The position numbers and the translations under genes are program-made. This document shows positions 37,138 through 51,993 of a stretch of DNA of 64,000 nt, one piece after another. The stretch covers positions 14,632,001 through 14,696,000 of the forward strand of contig OX597821.1 in NCBI GenBank assembly GCA_951406725.2, written 5' to 3'. Each line of letters opens with the position of its first letter. The stretch's first letter is position 1. This DNA comes from Octopus vulgaris (lineage: Eukaryota). The notes beneath the pieces are model-generated. The model was given only the letters and a program-made list of their open reading frames with translations. It made no database searches and was not told the DNA's origin.

Positions 37138-37210
<73 letters not shown>

Positions 37211-37324
37211 TTTTCCTTTTACAATTTTCCTTATTTTTTTCTTTCCTGGTCATTTTTTCAATTTTTCTTTCTCTCCTTTTTCTCAATCCTACCTCATATC
37301 CCCAAATCTGTCTGTAATTTCCCC

Positions 37325-37376
<52 letters not shown>

Positions 37377-37450
37377 TACTCTGTATACATCGGTACATGC
37401 CTATATATAGACATATACATACATACACACTGCTTGTGTGTGTGTATAGA

Positions 37451-37502
<52 letters not shown>

Positions 37503-38071
37503 CGTGTGTCTTCGGACTTCTCAATCATTATGCATCATTGCACCCAACTTTCTCTTAATGCAGTTCTATGTAATTCTCTTTGTCGTCCAGTCTGTACGTC
37601 GTCTGAGGGATAATGTCTGAACCATAGCTATGAATGAAATAGCAACAAATCGATACAAACTGACAGCAGTAGTTGCTTTCCTCATTGAGAAACTCTTTAG
37701 TAAACAAATAGATAAACAACAGACAATTCGTGAACTTATTTAGGAAGCTTCGATTGGAAAATTACAACAGTAACACTGACAATGATACAGCCTTGACCAT
37801 CAATACGATTAATAACGACGTTGATGACGAGAATAATTAACAATTGTTTCTAATTGAAGCTGGAGGCTAGCAATTATGTGGGAGCAGTTTAGCTGATTGC
37901 ATTAACACAACCATGCCCACCACCGCAGTACTTTATTTTACCGACCCTACGAAAATGAAAGATAAATTTCACATCGGTGGGATTTGAATTCAGAAAAGAA
38001 CGTCATAAAAAAAAGTTGGATCGCTTTGGATTCTGCTCTTGCTCTAACGATTTAGCCGAACCACCACACTG

Positions 38072-38131
<60 letters not shown>

Positions 38132-38161
38132 TAATAATAATAATAATAATGATAATAATAA

Positions 38162-38522
38162 ATGCCCTGATGCAGTACCAGGCAGTGGCTCACGTGGTTG
38201 CTGATCTTAGCTGATTGGAAGTGTTATCATGTACATTGTTTTGTTTTGGTATAAAAGATGGGCTACAGCAAATATTCTGCTCAATACCACAGATTTGCTT
38301 GTCAGTTGTTTGACCATAACAGTTGACCATGTCCTTCAGTGGCTGACGATATGTGCATTTCTGATCACAAGCAGAAGTAGTGGGGGAGCATCATAGCCGT
38401 GTGTTGAGAGGGATTCTTTAGGGTTTGAATAATTCACCTCTGGAAACATGGGTGCTTCGTTCAACATCCTTAAACAACCCTTATTCAGGGACCTTTTGAG
38501 CGGGATGGGTTACTCGACCAGA
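38162..38522. mobile_element. Unclassified 360-bp element embedded in (TAA)n
   Basis: Higher-GC block with (TAA)n at both ends. Confidence 0.45.
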
Positions 38523-38854
38523 ATAATAATAATCATCATCATCATAATAATAAAAATAGCTTGTATTAGGAGTCACGGAAAATTTAAGAAGATACTTAAC
38601 TTCCACTGGGGGTTACAAAGAAAATAAATGTAACGTTGTGTGAAAATACACATTTTTAAAATACAAAGGACGCGAGTAAGAGATATTATATATGGTAAGA
38701 TGTATTAACAGCTATACATGCACACACATTCACATACATATACATACATGTATAAATATATACGTGTTATCACGTAGCTACATACACACACACATATACA
38801 TATGTAGGCGTACATGTATACATAAATACGTACGTACATACATACATACATACA

Positions 38855-38887
<33 letters not shown>

Positions 38888-38888
<1 letters not shown>

Positions 38889-39300
38889 CTCTTTTACTCT
38901 TTTACTTGTTTCAGTCATTTGACTGCGGCCATGCTGGAGCACCGCCTTTAGTCGAGCAAATCGACCCCGGGACTTATTCTTTGTAAGCCCAGTACTTATT
39001 CTATCGGTCTCTTTTGCCGAACAGCTAAGTGACGGGGACGTAAGCACACCAGTATCGGTTGTCAAGCAATGCTAGGGGGACAAACACAGACACACAAACA
39101 CAGACACACACACACACACATATATATACATATATGCGACAGGCTTCTTTCAGTTTCCGTCTACCAAATCCACTCACAAGGCATTGGTCGGCCCGGGGCT
39201 ATAGCAGAAGACACTTGCCTAAGATGCCACACAGTGGGACTGAACCCGGAACCATGTGGTTGGTTAGCAAGCTACTTACCACACAGCCACTCTTGCGCCT
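38888..39300 (-). mobile_element. SINE family B
   Basis: Complete head and tail. Confidence 0.92.
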
Positions 39301-39317
39301 ACATACATACATACATA

Positions 39318-40805
39318 GGTGTGGGTGGAAGCATCTCCTACAATGGCACCTGTAACAAAACACGTGTCACTAAAGAATATTACAACCGAATAAAGAAAAA
39401 TTGGACCTCAGAACTCTCTGCATTCAATAAAACAGCGGCCCACTGTTTGCGGTGCCAATACTCATACCAACATTTATGCTGCTTGATTAAACGGTTGATG
39501 AAATCCGAGTCATTGATGTGAAAACCTGAAAAAAACTAACAAGCACACATAATTTCCACATAAACAGTGGCGTAGACCGCTTCTATCTAAAACGAAAACA
39601 TGGCGGCCGAGGCTGAACATCGATCCAAAATGCCTTTGAATGTCGTATCATATCCCTTCGGCAACATCTTTTAACCACCAAGTGCCGAAGAACAACCCTT
39701 GACCAAGTTTGCGTACATGAGACTGATAACATCATAAGACTTGGAATGCAGCTCCTTGAGCAACGTACGTTGTCTGATAACTTAGAATATATGCCCAAAG
39801 ATGTCGCACGACTCTACCGTAACCTATCATCAGATGAAAGAATATGCTTATATGAGCAGAAGACTATAGATGGATATATTAGTAGAAAGCTCCGAGATGA
39901 TAGTAACGTTGATCATCAAAGCAGTCTATTATGGACCACTTTGAAAGGTACGCATCTGCAATCCAGGAACAGGAAATATCAACCAAATATCTGATGCACA
40001 AAAGGATAGAGATGCAGGAAAAGCAGTAAAATGTGTTAACCGATGCACACTTTGTGGAGTTAACACTGACGATATCACCCACATCATACGCAGTTGTCCG
40101 GAAATGTCATCACGGTATTATTTACCGATGAGACATGGTGTAGCTAGGACACTCTATAATGAAATCCGTAGGAAGGATAACCCCGAGGACAAAGAAATAA
40201 GAACCCACTTCATGGTAGAAGCTATAGCCATTCACAATAAAAAAGGAGTACTGGTGGAATGTCTCAGTGAAGACCACAAGAAAATGTAAGCACAACCGAC
40301 CTGATATAATGATTTGGGATAGAGAAGAAAAACTGAATATATTAGCTGCCCAGCGGATGTTAAAAAGAGAATATCTACGCTGAAATATTGAGAAATCAGC
40401 AGTTACTCTATCCAGATTACAAGTTCAGGTTTATACCTGTAATTAAAGGGGTCTTGGGATATATAACACGCTACCTAAATACTAATGTTGTGAACTTAAT
40501 TTTCTCAAAACCAGAAAGGAGAAAACTAATTCGAAGACTACAGATCCAATCCATCACTGGAACTGTAAATTTCTGTAAAACTTACCAGAACATTTGAATA
40601 TATATTAGCACGTCTATATATGCAACTATATGCATGAGAATACATACATAAAACAAATATACAGATCTGCACATATACATACATACATACAAAGAAAAAT
40701 GCCCTGTTGTTGATGTTGAAATTCCAGTGAAGGAGCCTTGGATCTAGGTTAGAAACCGGCTCTTTCTCTCTTGGCAAGAAATCTTGAAATAAAACTGAAC
40801 AGTGA
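39318..40805 (+). pseudogene. 5'-truncated R4/Dong-like non-LTR retrotransposon (RT thumb, CCHC knuckle, restriction-like endonuclease, 3' UTR)
   Basis: DRFYLKRKHGGRG, CTLCGVNTDDITHIIRSC, RHGVA, KHNRPDIMIWD, IPVIKGVLG; CATA repeats at both ends. Confidence 0.85.
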
Positions 40806-41698
40806 CATACATACATACATACATACACACATACATATATACACATACATACATACATACATACATACATACATACATACACACATACATACACACATAC
40901 ATACATACACACATACATACATACATGCATGCATACATACATACATACATACATACATACATACATACACACATACACACAACATACATACATACATACA
41001 TACATACATACACACATACATACATACACACATACATACATACATACATACATACATACATACATACATACATACATACATACATACATACATACATACA
41101 TACACATACATACATACATACATACACACACATACATACATACACACATACATACATACATACATACATACATACATACATACATACATACATACATACA
41201 TACATACATACATACATACATACATACATACATACATACATACATACATACATACATACATACATACATACATACATACATACATACATACATACATACA
41301 TACATACATACATACATACATACATACATACATACACACATACATACATACATACATACATACATACATACATACATACACACATACATACACACATACA
41401 TACATACACACATACATACATACACATACATACATACATACATACATACATACACACATACACACATACACACACACATACATACATACACACATACATA
41501 CATACACACATACATACATACACACATACATACATACATACATACATACATACACATACATACATATATACATACATACATACACACATACATTCATACG
41601 TACATACATACATACATATACACATACATACATACATACACACACATACATACATACATACATACATACATACATACATACATACATACATACATACA

Positions 41699-41728
<30 letters not shown>
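40806..41728. repeat. About 920-bp (CATA)n microsatellite
   Basis: Direct inspection. Confidence 0.97.
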
Positions 41729-41729
<1 letters not shown>

Positions 41730-42862
41730 GAATGCATATGTATTTATATCTGCTCGGAAATAACACCACTATAATTTAAAGAAATAAAACAAAAGATTTC
41801 CAGCTGGTTTTGAGAGAGGGCTCTCCAAGACCTAGTTCACTTAAACAGCTTTCAAAAAAGTGTTTGAGTGTAATTAAAATGCACCACTAAGCATCTTTGG
41901 AAACATTTGGTCGTACAAGCATCAACAGCTCAAGAGAATACTCTCTAAAGTTCAATAAAAATACTTTCATATGTTTATATTGGAATCGATGAGTGCAAGA
42001 AGGAAGACAAAATGAAAGTAAAAGCAATGTAAGAATTATACAATGTCCGTCGGGAAGACCGGCACCTAGGGTCAATCAATAAACCATATAGATTCTAGAT
42101 TACTCTGGTTAACAAAGTAACTGCCCCGTCCCAGTTTCTTGGCCTACAAGTGCGTGCTAAATGCCAGCGCATTCACTAGTGTTCTGCTCATTCCTTTCAC
42201 CTACTATGGGATAAATTTACTGGATTTCAGGAAACTTAAAGAGTTAACGAGAGCTTTTCCAAAGCAAAAATGCCTGTCTACAGTCCTTTCAGACAAGTCC
42301 AGTTCCTTTTGACAAGTCACTAAATAGATGAAAATTATCCTCCATTCCACTCTAAAAGAAAAAAAAAAGTGTCGAGGAGATTCTCATAATGGACCCAGCA
42401 CCGATAGCTGGTTGCATCTTACATTTCATAATTGCTGCCGAACAAAGCTCCACAAATTTAGCAACTTTCGGACACAGAACAAGTGTATGCCGAACAATTT
42501 CATCGTCTTTCTTGAGCTGGCAATGCTCTTCGATTGGACAGCTCTACCATACCAGTGGTTTCTGTAAACTATTGTTAGTTCCCGGGCAAAAAGCCAAGCA
42601 GTTCTCGTCGACATCCAGAATTTACCCCAAAGACCTTACCGCTCCTCCAACCTGCCGCCAGTCCTCTGAAGAGTGCTAGTGTGGAAGTCACGATATACTG
42701 AGATCTACTTTCACTTAGAGAGGGTCGAATGCAAATCCACTGCCTAACCTGAAAAAAAGCGTCCTTTTCACAAGAAGCTATAGAAAAATCTCTCCAATTT
42801 GGTCAATGGTAAACTGAATCAAGGTACAACAGTCAGGCAGTTTTTTTAGAATGTGGGCAATG

Positions 42863-43003
42863 TACGCGGGGCTGCTGAAAAGTTCCTGGCTTTGGGTAAA
42901 AGAAAATAATCAGTTAATTATGGTTTTATTCAAGATATTTCTCTCTCAGATTCCACACTTTCGCGATACTCAAAGGTCAGGAACTTTTCAGCTCCCTTTC
43001 GTA
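42863..43003. mobile_element. Mariner-type MITE
   Basis: TA at both ends; imperfect about 30-bp TIRs GCTGAAAAGTTCCTGGCTTTG / CAAAGGTCAGGAACTTTTCAGC. Confidence 0.75.
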
Positions 43004-43417
43004 TAAGTTTGTCATCTGTGTCCGACTTCAGAGGCATAGCTTCTCAATCAAACTATTTCTGGGTGAAATTGGTTAATTATTATTACTGGCAGAATTGTCA
43101 CAGTGTCGGAAAAATACCTTGTGGTCTTTCTTCCGGCTCTTCATGTTCAGAGTTCTTATCTCAACGAAGACAACTTTGTCTTTCATCCATTTGGGGTTAG
43201 AATAAAGTAAAGTACCAGTCACGTACTCGGGTCGATGGTATCTACTAAAACACTGTCCTCAAAATCGGTGGCCTTGTGCCTAAATTAGAAGCAACACCGT
43301 TTACTACTACTACTACTACTACTACTACTAGTAGTAGTAGTAGTAGTAATGGTGGTAGTAGTAGTAGTAGTAGTAGTAATGGTGGCATTAGTAGTAGTAA
43401 TAACGGTGGTGGTGGTT

Positions 43418-43453
<36 letters not shown>

Positions 43454-45135
43454 GTTGTAGTAGTTTCGGCCATAATGACACAGACTGCAGATACTGCGCG
43501 AAGGCAAAAATGGAGTTTTAGTATAGAAATATCTTTCGTAATATTTTCCCCAACCTGTTATAAAAATAACTCAGACTGGAAAATAATTTTTTTTCCAGAC
43601 TAGGTTTCTTTATTTGCTAATCTTGAAAGGAAAAACAATCTCTATGGCAAGAGAAGAACTTAACCTCGAGGTGAAAGGGTGAAAAAAAATCGTCTTCGTT
43701 TATTTGTAGCTTCATTGGAATGGAAAAAAAGAACAGTGGTCATTGGTTTCGAAGGTCTTTTTTGGAACTATAAAGCGAAATGATTGTATGTTAGTGTGGT
43801 TAATTTAGAATAAACTGAGTGAAATATATAAATGAGAAGATGCAGTCTCATATTATAGAAAATCAGAGATCATATATTTATTTTCTATTTAAAGAGAGCA
43901 ACAAGAAAAACTAAAGAAATACACATATGCTACTGTAATACTGAAGTTCAGTAACAAACATTATACACGGGTATGCAGTCATGGAAAAAATCCTACAGCA
44001 GGAATTAAAGTTATCGGAAAGAAGAAGGTTGACATACTAGATTTTATTCCTTTTGATTACGAGTTTTGTATGACCCATGAGATAAGATTTGGAGAAATAA
44101 TTTTCTTTGGAATTCTCTGTTTAAAAACTACATTGACGTTAAAAAGAAACACAATGCTACGTAAACGTTAGGGATACTGGGCACATGGACATAAAATCGA
44201 GGGTTCATTTTCTGGATAGGGTGATGTGCTATGTCCTTGAGCAAGGCACTTCATTTCATGTTGCTCCAATCTACTGAAAAAAGAAAGAAAAAAAACAAGC
44301 TGCAGTCAAGTGCTGTTTCAGCCATCTTCCTCGCTAGCAGATGTTCCACTCAGTGAACGGAGTGAGTGCCAAGAGAGTGTCTGCAAGTGCTCATATCTAC
44401 ATAGGCAACTAAAACAGCGAATGCATCGTACATATTACCAAATCATACACAATTGCGAGTGACTGCTTTAGTTTATTTTTCAGACATTCATATCAAACTT
44501 GAATGTATTTTCTTTTATAACTAAAGGATCGATTGGTTATTTAAGAAAACACTTTTGCTATTTTTTTTTTTACTCTTCTCCTGGCTATATTACATTGATA
44601 TCACTGAATCAATTTATATCTACTCTAGAATGATAGAAAGAAGCCGATTTTGAATTTGGTCACGGATAGTGAAACAGACAACATAGCGTCCAATGCAGAC
44701 TATACCAATATCCTTTCCCCGCATCATTCAAATGAGCCGACAAAATAGTTTCTATATGATTGTTCGATTTTCCGCAAATAGCAGCCAAATCTTGCTCAAA
44801 TAACACGATAGAAGGGAGGAGATAATAGTAAATGTCTTAGATATACATAAGTCTGAAGTAAAAGCAAAAAGGATCAGGATTCTACTTCCTTCAGGGATCA
44901 CTTAGGATTAAACAACAACGGCAACTAATATGATTATAAAATGGCAGATTTGAAATTTAAGATCTAATCTCCTTTTCTTAGTGGTACAGCTTCACTGTAG
45001 CGAAAGGTGGGGAGAAACGCATGAACGCAACAGATTAGTCACTGTCTAATTCTTGAGCATCATGACTAGATCAGATAAAAAAAAAAGATGTCTTTGTTAT
45101 TCGTTTTTTCAGTCAATGCCAAAAAATTGAATAAC

Positions 45136-45294
45136 AGGCATGGCCGTGTTGTAAAATGTTTGCTTCCCTACCACATGGTTCTGGGTTCAGTTCCAGTTCA
45201 TGGTACCTTGGGGAAATGTTTTCTACTATCGCTTCGGACTTACCAAAGTCTTGTGAGTGGATATGGTAAACGGAAACTGAAAGAATCCTGTTGC

Positions 45295-45365
<71 letters not shown>

Positions 45366-45434
45366 CATACATATATATATATATATACATACATATACAT
45401 ATATATATATATACATACATATATATATATATAT

Positions 45435-45502
<68 letters not shown>

Positions 45503-45718
45503 GTGTGTTTGTCCTCCACCACCGACTGACAACCTATATTGGTGTGTATATGTCCCTGTAACTTCACGGTTCGGCAAACGAGACCTGATAGAATAAGTAC
45601 CAGATTTTATAAGAATAAGTACTGGGGTCAATTTGTGCGCCTAAAATTCCTCAAGGCTATGCCTCAGCACGACCGCAATCTAAGTAATGAAACAAGTAAA
45701 AAATAAAAGATAAAAGAT
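45136..45718 (+). mobile_element. Old diverged SINE family B with an expanded internal TA tract
   Basis: Diverged head and tail. Confidence 0.8.
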
Positions 45719-45858
45719 ATTTGTGTGAGGTGTTCAAAACTAAAATAAAAGCTAGAATTATATTTCAATGCTTCTCTATCGTTTCAGTCTTTTCACGTCT
45801 TGATAATTTTCTGCGCATGGTGTGAATATCGCTTTGAAAATCAAAGAGAAAGAAGATA

Positions 45859-46023
45859 GGCGCAGGAGTGGCTGTGTGGTAAGTAGCTTGCTAACCAACC
45901 ACATGGTTCCGGGTTCAGTCCCACTGTGTGGCATCTTAGGCAAGTGTCTTCTGCTATAGCCCCGGGCCGGCCAATGCTTTGTGAGTGGATTTGGTAGACG
46001 GAAACTGAAAGAAGCCTGTCGTA

Positions 46024-46070
<47 letters not shown>

Positions 46071-46290
46071 ATGTGTTTGTGTAGCTGTGTTTGTCCCCCT
46101 AGCATTGCTTGACAACCGATGCTGGTGTGTTTATGTCCCCGTTACTTAGCGGTTCGGCAAAAGAGACCGATAGAATAAGTACTGGGCTTACAAAGAATAA
46201 GTCCCGGGGTCGATTTGCTCGACTAAAGGCGGTGCTCCAGCATGGCCGCAGTCAAATGACTGAAACAAGTAAAAAGAGTAAAAAGAGAAA
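45859..46290 (+). mobile_element. Full-length SINE family B
   Basis: Complete head and tail. Confidence 0.92.
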
Positions 46291-46309
46291 AAGAGAGAGA
46301 GAGCTATGG

Positions 46310-46601
46310 ACAGCTGCTTCGGAACTCCAGCTTATACCAATAATAATTGGAGCACTTGGTTTTCTAAGTAAATGCCTATCGGTTTGGATAAGCATGGATT
46401 TTCAGAAAACGAAATCAATCAACAGAGTCGCACATTGCACATACAATCTGTAAGTGGAACAATAAAACTATGCAATACTTTTCTCAGGTTTAAAATGTGA
46501 CATTGTTTTCGTCATCAATATTCAAATGATGGATCTTTGAATCGTTGTTAGAAATCAACTCCTTCCTCAGAGGAGGAATTCAAATAATTGAAAATAGAAG
46601 A
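46310..46601 (+). pseudogene. Second R4/Dong-like 3' fragment ending at (CATA)n
   Basis: LQLIPIIIGALGFL matches IPVIKGVLGYI near 40430; the 3' UTR aligns with 40730-40805. Confidence 0.7.
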
Positions 46602-48737
46602 CATACATACATACATACATACATACATACATACATACATACATACATACATACATACATACATACATACATACATACATACATACATACATGCATACAT
46701 ACATACATGCATACATACATACATACGCACACTGATAGTATCATATTATCTCAGCTGTATAATAAAATTGACATTTATTGACTAAAAGAAAAGTTGAGAA
46801 AGAATCTTCTCCAATGGTCAAGTGAGAAATATTTCTTTTCATGTTCGAACCGAAATCTAAACCACTGAGAAGCTTCTTGCAAAAATGTTTGGTGTATGTA
46901 TGACCTTCAGCTTAGTAAAATTTAGTGTGTTCTTGAAATAAGTTGTACTGTCAAGACACTTTAAAAAAAACGATATTTTGAATGAGAGAAATATAAAAAA
47001 TACTTCGGCAAGTTTCTGAGAAAAAGTTACTCGCCACTCTTCAGTTCATTGCTGGAATATGCTGCTATGCTTCACAACCAATGACACTTCTATAGAAGAC
47101 TGAATTTATATTTAACTTGAAGGTTGTGAAAGACTAGTTGTAAAGGATGCAAGTTTTAATATACCAAGTTCTTTGTAATCCTTTGACGAAAATTAAAGCT
47201 GAATGGTAATATTTACACAAGTCATTAAAATCACGAAGGCAAGCTTAAGATTAAGAACTAGAGATATTCTCGCACTTATGCTATCCATCAGAGAAGGATT
47301 AGGCAGAATGCAATGTAAGCAGATTTCATATCACAGTTTTAAGGATAAGCAAAAACTGATTAGAAAGTAAATCCGTCTCTTTGAGGAAAGTAGCTGAGCT
47401 ATGGAGAATGTCACTTTCATTTGTAAATATGCTTGAAGAGTTACGGTACATTGTATTTCAGTAACCCCGAAAAATACTATCAAGAAAATAATAAAATTCA
47501 ACACTGTATTGTTATTGATATAGTGTTTCTTTAGCTAAATTATAGAGTAAGACGACTTCTGGTGTATAGCAAACGTGAGCATTTGAGATAGGTTCCTAAT
47601 ATATCCTAGCTTTTAAGAAGGATTTGTTTCTGGGCTCACTTAAAAAAATAACGTCATAGCCGTCATTTGTAAACGTTATCACACAGTAGCACGCATCAAA
47701 CTTTCGCTAATAATTTAAGGTACCTATGGATTCGCGAGCAGTCATAGACAAACTCTCAGCCTTCATTTCCTTTACCTAGTGGCCAATCGAATATATGACA
47801 GCTGGATAAAAAGAAAGGGCTGCACGAGTACTAGGCGGATACTAATTTTCGGTTGAACAGATTGGAACAACTTGAAGTGCTTAGTTCAGTTATGGAAACT
47901 ATGACCGTATGATTGCGAGATCAATACTTTAACCACTTGACCACTAGTCCTCAGGGTATACTTGGCGATATAATAGAGAACTGACAGACTTGACGGGTAA
48001 TTAATTAACAATTTGATGTAGCCGACTCTCCTGTCGATGATAACTAGTCGAAACACCAGTGTCTATCACAAAGAGTAAAACAAATTGACCCGAAGAGATG
48101 AACAAAAGGATAGTGTCAGAATTATTTCACAGTAAGATTTAATAAGTAAATGTAATTTCATTGAATTCATGTAACAGAAAAACGAAAGTTGTAAAACTTC
48201 CCGTTGTTCATTAATCAAACATTTTACTTTCCATCGTAACAAGATCAAAACAAATAAATGAATATCTGAAAACTTGGTTCAATATCTTATTTAGCGTAGA
48301 AATGGTTTCCATTACTCTTTTGCAGCTGCACAGTAGATACTGGATTCTTTGACTGCTATAATGGTTACGAGAGAGAAACTCTATACACACATACTTCAGT
48401 AACAGTTATACAATCCCATTTTGCCGATCAACGATAATAGAACAAAGCTCTCTTCGAAGAATTTTCTAGATCATATTTGATCGTTATTGATATCCGATTA
48501 AAAGATTTCATTATTTATCACACAGTGTAATATTCTTAATATTTATTATTGAACGCATCTTAACGATTACATTTTTTTTCTATTCGAATATACATTTATT
48601 TTTTATAGTTTATTCTGGAGTGAACAATAAGAGAAAAAGATGAATAAAATTAACATATATGACTAAGCATGTATGTGTTTGTATCGCTAGCGATTTTCCC
48701 CCCTGTCTTCCCTTCTCGGGATCTTTCCTTCTCCTAT

Positions 48738-48772
48738 GTTTCCGACGAAGAGCTCCGCTCGAAACGTCAAAC
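48738..48772 (+). ncRNA. Minimal type I hammerhead motif (CCGACGA core) in a family P2 terminus ending at (TA)n near 48875
   Basis: GTTT-CCGACGA-a-GAGC tcc GCTC-GAAA-CGTC-AAAC. Confidence 0.68.
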
Positions 48773-48870
48773 CATCCTTCTTCCCTTCTTTCCTGAGCGT
48801 CCAATAATACTTTATTTGTTCCACGTCCTTGCGTTGTTGTTTTTTTTGTTTTTTGTTTTCTTGTTTGTAT

Positions 48871-48937
<67 letters not shown>

Positions 48938-49425
48938 GTGTGTGTGTGATGAAATTAGGAAAGAAATCTTAAATATATGTTAGGAAGCCATTTTTGTCAT
49001 GAGCAGATCTGAAGGGTACTGAATCAAACCTCTTACATAACTCCCTTATTATATCGCATTCTCATAGAAATATGAGGTGAAGTATTGGATAATTTAGTTG
49101 TTGTAGAAATTGTTGAATTACTGATGGAACAGTTTTCAATGGAAAAGATTTAGTTGTCATAGTTACCAGAATACCAAATGACGAAAGCTAGTCTAAAGCT
49201 AGTGAGTCATACTCACTGATTAGAGCAAAAATCGCAAAAGATGGTCTAAGAATGTAGGGTTTGTTAGTTAAAATCAGCACCGATCCGACTGTTCCAGAGG
49301 TTGCCTTGGGTAACGTTACCAGTAGTGCTCAAGAGCGGTTTGACATAACACGCATACACATTCATAAACACACACACACACATGGATATATCTACACAAA
49401 TGCGCAAACTATACACATATATACT

Positions 49426-49464
<39 letters not shown>

Positions 49465-49499
49465 ATATATATGTATATATATATATGTATATATATATG

Positions 49500-49604
<105 letters not shown>

Positions 49605-49804
49605 ATGTATATATGAGTCTATCTATCTATCTATCCATCTGTCTATCAACACGATCCCCATTGATTTCTGTGATACACGATCCCAACTGATCGGAATTCG
49701 ACCCCCCTTTTTTTCTTTTTTTTCTCTTCTTCCCAAAAAGAAAAGCTCTACTTCGTATTTTGTCCCTTCTGTGTTCAGCCCTGCGTGGCCAATAAGGAAA
49801 TCTT

Positions 49805-49860
<56 letters not shown>

Positions 49861-51309
49861 AGCTTCTAAGAAATCTTTTGACGCTGATATTGTATACTCT
49901 GGTCATTGAGATTTGAATGGAAATGACAATAGCTTATATATAAGAGAAAGGAGATGAAAGGAAAAACCAACTAAGTCAAGGCGGTCAAAATGCTACGAAT
50001 GAGAGCGTCGTTATCTTTCGAAGGCCATAGAAATGGTAACTAAGCTGATTGTAGTCGTTTCAGTAAATCAGCATCTTTTAAGAGGTAGAAAAGATTTACT
50101 TTGTGACGCCGTCCCTATTCTTCTATTATTTTACTTGATTCAGTCATTGGTTATGCCGCCATGGGGCCATGCTGGGGCGTAGCCTTGAAAGGGTTAATTT
50201 AGTCGATCAAAGTAATTATAATATATATTCTTGCGTCGTGTTCTTACTCTATTGGTTTTCTTTCATCGATCTCTAAGTTACAGGGTTAAAAAAAAAGTCA
50301 ATGTCGGTTGACAAACGTTGAGAAACAAACACAGATATACATATATAATGGGTTTCCGCACATTGCCTGTCTTCCCTTACAAGGTATTGGTCAGCTTTGG
50401 AGCTATTGCAGAAAACACTTTGCCAAAATTGTATGCAAATGGGGCTTCGAAAGGGACATCTTCATAAAATAGCCTGTGATAAGTAACATCGTAAATATTT
50501 GGATGTATACCTTATAAAATAATCAATGTATTTGAGTCTACAAGCTCGGAATTGTTTTATTTGGAACACTATTTCTCAGAGATACAATAATTTATTCTTC
50601 AGTAACTAGGAAATTATTATACAAGAGAAAAAATCGCTAGGCAGTTAATGTAATCTATATCAAAATCTTCCAAACTTTTATGTCTGAGGGAACCTCAACA
50701 CGAAAATCATGCACATATATATCGCACGTGAAAACAACAGAAAATCTGGGTATTATTATTTTTATAAGACGGAAAAAAGTTGTCAATAAACAACCACAGG
50801 ACTCGAACTTGCATCTCTCGGAGAGCGGTTGAGTATTTTACCATTAAGCTAAACTTGCTGCTGACAACAATCTCTGTCAAATTTAAGCGCTGAATACGTG
50901 GCATTTAAAAAAAAATACTTCAACAGCATATATATAAACAAACTTATATTTGTTTTTTTAGAAGCGTCGAAGTTTTTAAAACATTTGTCTTCTTCAAGGT
51001 TGTTACCAAAACCACGTTTAAATCAAATTACATGTCCCTTCCAATCTTGTATTGAAAGTTGCTTCCTTCTCTATGTGCATCTTACGATTTGCGAGGATTT
51101 CCCTACCTTAAAGAATATGCTATGCGTGTATAACAAAATTGTAAATGTAGAATTAAGTACAGAAAATAAAAGGTGGCTATAGAAAATATATATGCATATA
51201 TATATATACATACATACATACATACATATATACACATACATACATACATATATATATACATACATACATATATATACATACATACATATATATAATTTTC
51301 TTTTTCTTT

Positions 51310-51692
51310 TTTATTTCTTTCAGTCATTTTGACTACAGCCACGCTGGAGCACCACCTTTAGTAGAACAAATCGACCCCAGGACTTATTCTTTGTAAGCCT
51401 AGTACTTATTCTATCGGTTTCTTTAGCCGAACCGCTAGGTTACGGGGACGTAAACACACCAACATCGGTTGTCAATCGATGGTGGGGCGACAAACACAGG
51501 CACACAAATACATCCCCACCCTATATATATATATATATATATACACGACGGGCTACTTTCAGTTTCAGTCTATCAAATCCACTTACAAGGCTTTGGTCGG
51601 CCCGAGGCTATAGAAGAAAACACTTGTCCAAGATACCATGCAGTGAGACAGAACCCGGAACCATGTAGTTGGGAAGCAAGCTTCTTACCACA
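51310..51692 (-). mobile_element. SINE family B
   Basis: Family B head and tail. Confidence 0.85.
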
Positions 51693-51993
51693 TGTTAGCC
51701 TATTTACCACTATTTCTCGTGAAATTCCTAGGGTTTCTGCAACTCCGGTTCAAGAATGCTAACCTGTATTACCTATATCATTTTGCAGTCAAATGTTTGA
51801 CATTTAAGCTTTTCACCTCAAAGCTGGTTTTTCACTGTCCGTACTCAAAGAGTAACATTGAAATTTCCACTACTTAAAACTCAAGAGAAATAAGACTTTA
51901 TTGAATAAAAGAATGTTCTTTGTACATCAACCGTAGATGAGGGTTTGACTTTTCCCTATATTTCAACCATTTTGTCTTTTCTTTTATGTCTAA

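Noticed and set aside
40538-41774. ORFs of 280-350 aa (MYVC and HTYI repeats) and all similar YI, CV and HT ORFs
   Set aside because: Translations of microsatellites
41900-42750. Moderately GC-rich unique stretches (also 7060-8200 and 59130-59410)
   Set aside because: Probably old retroelement debris, but I could not read a convincing motif
43245-43603. Ser/Gly/Thr-rich ORFs
   Set aside because: (ACT)n/(AGT)n/(GGT)n trinucleotide repeats at the tail of a decayed family A SINE
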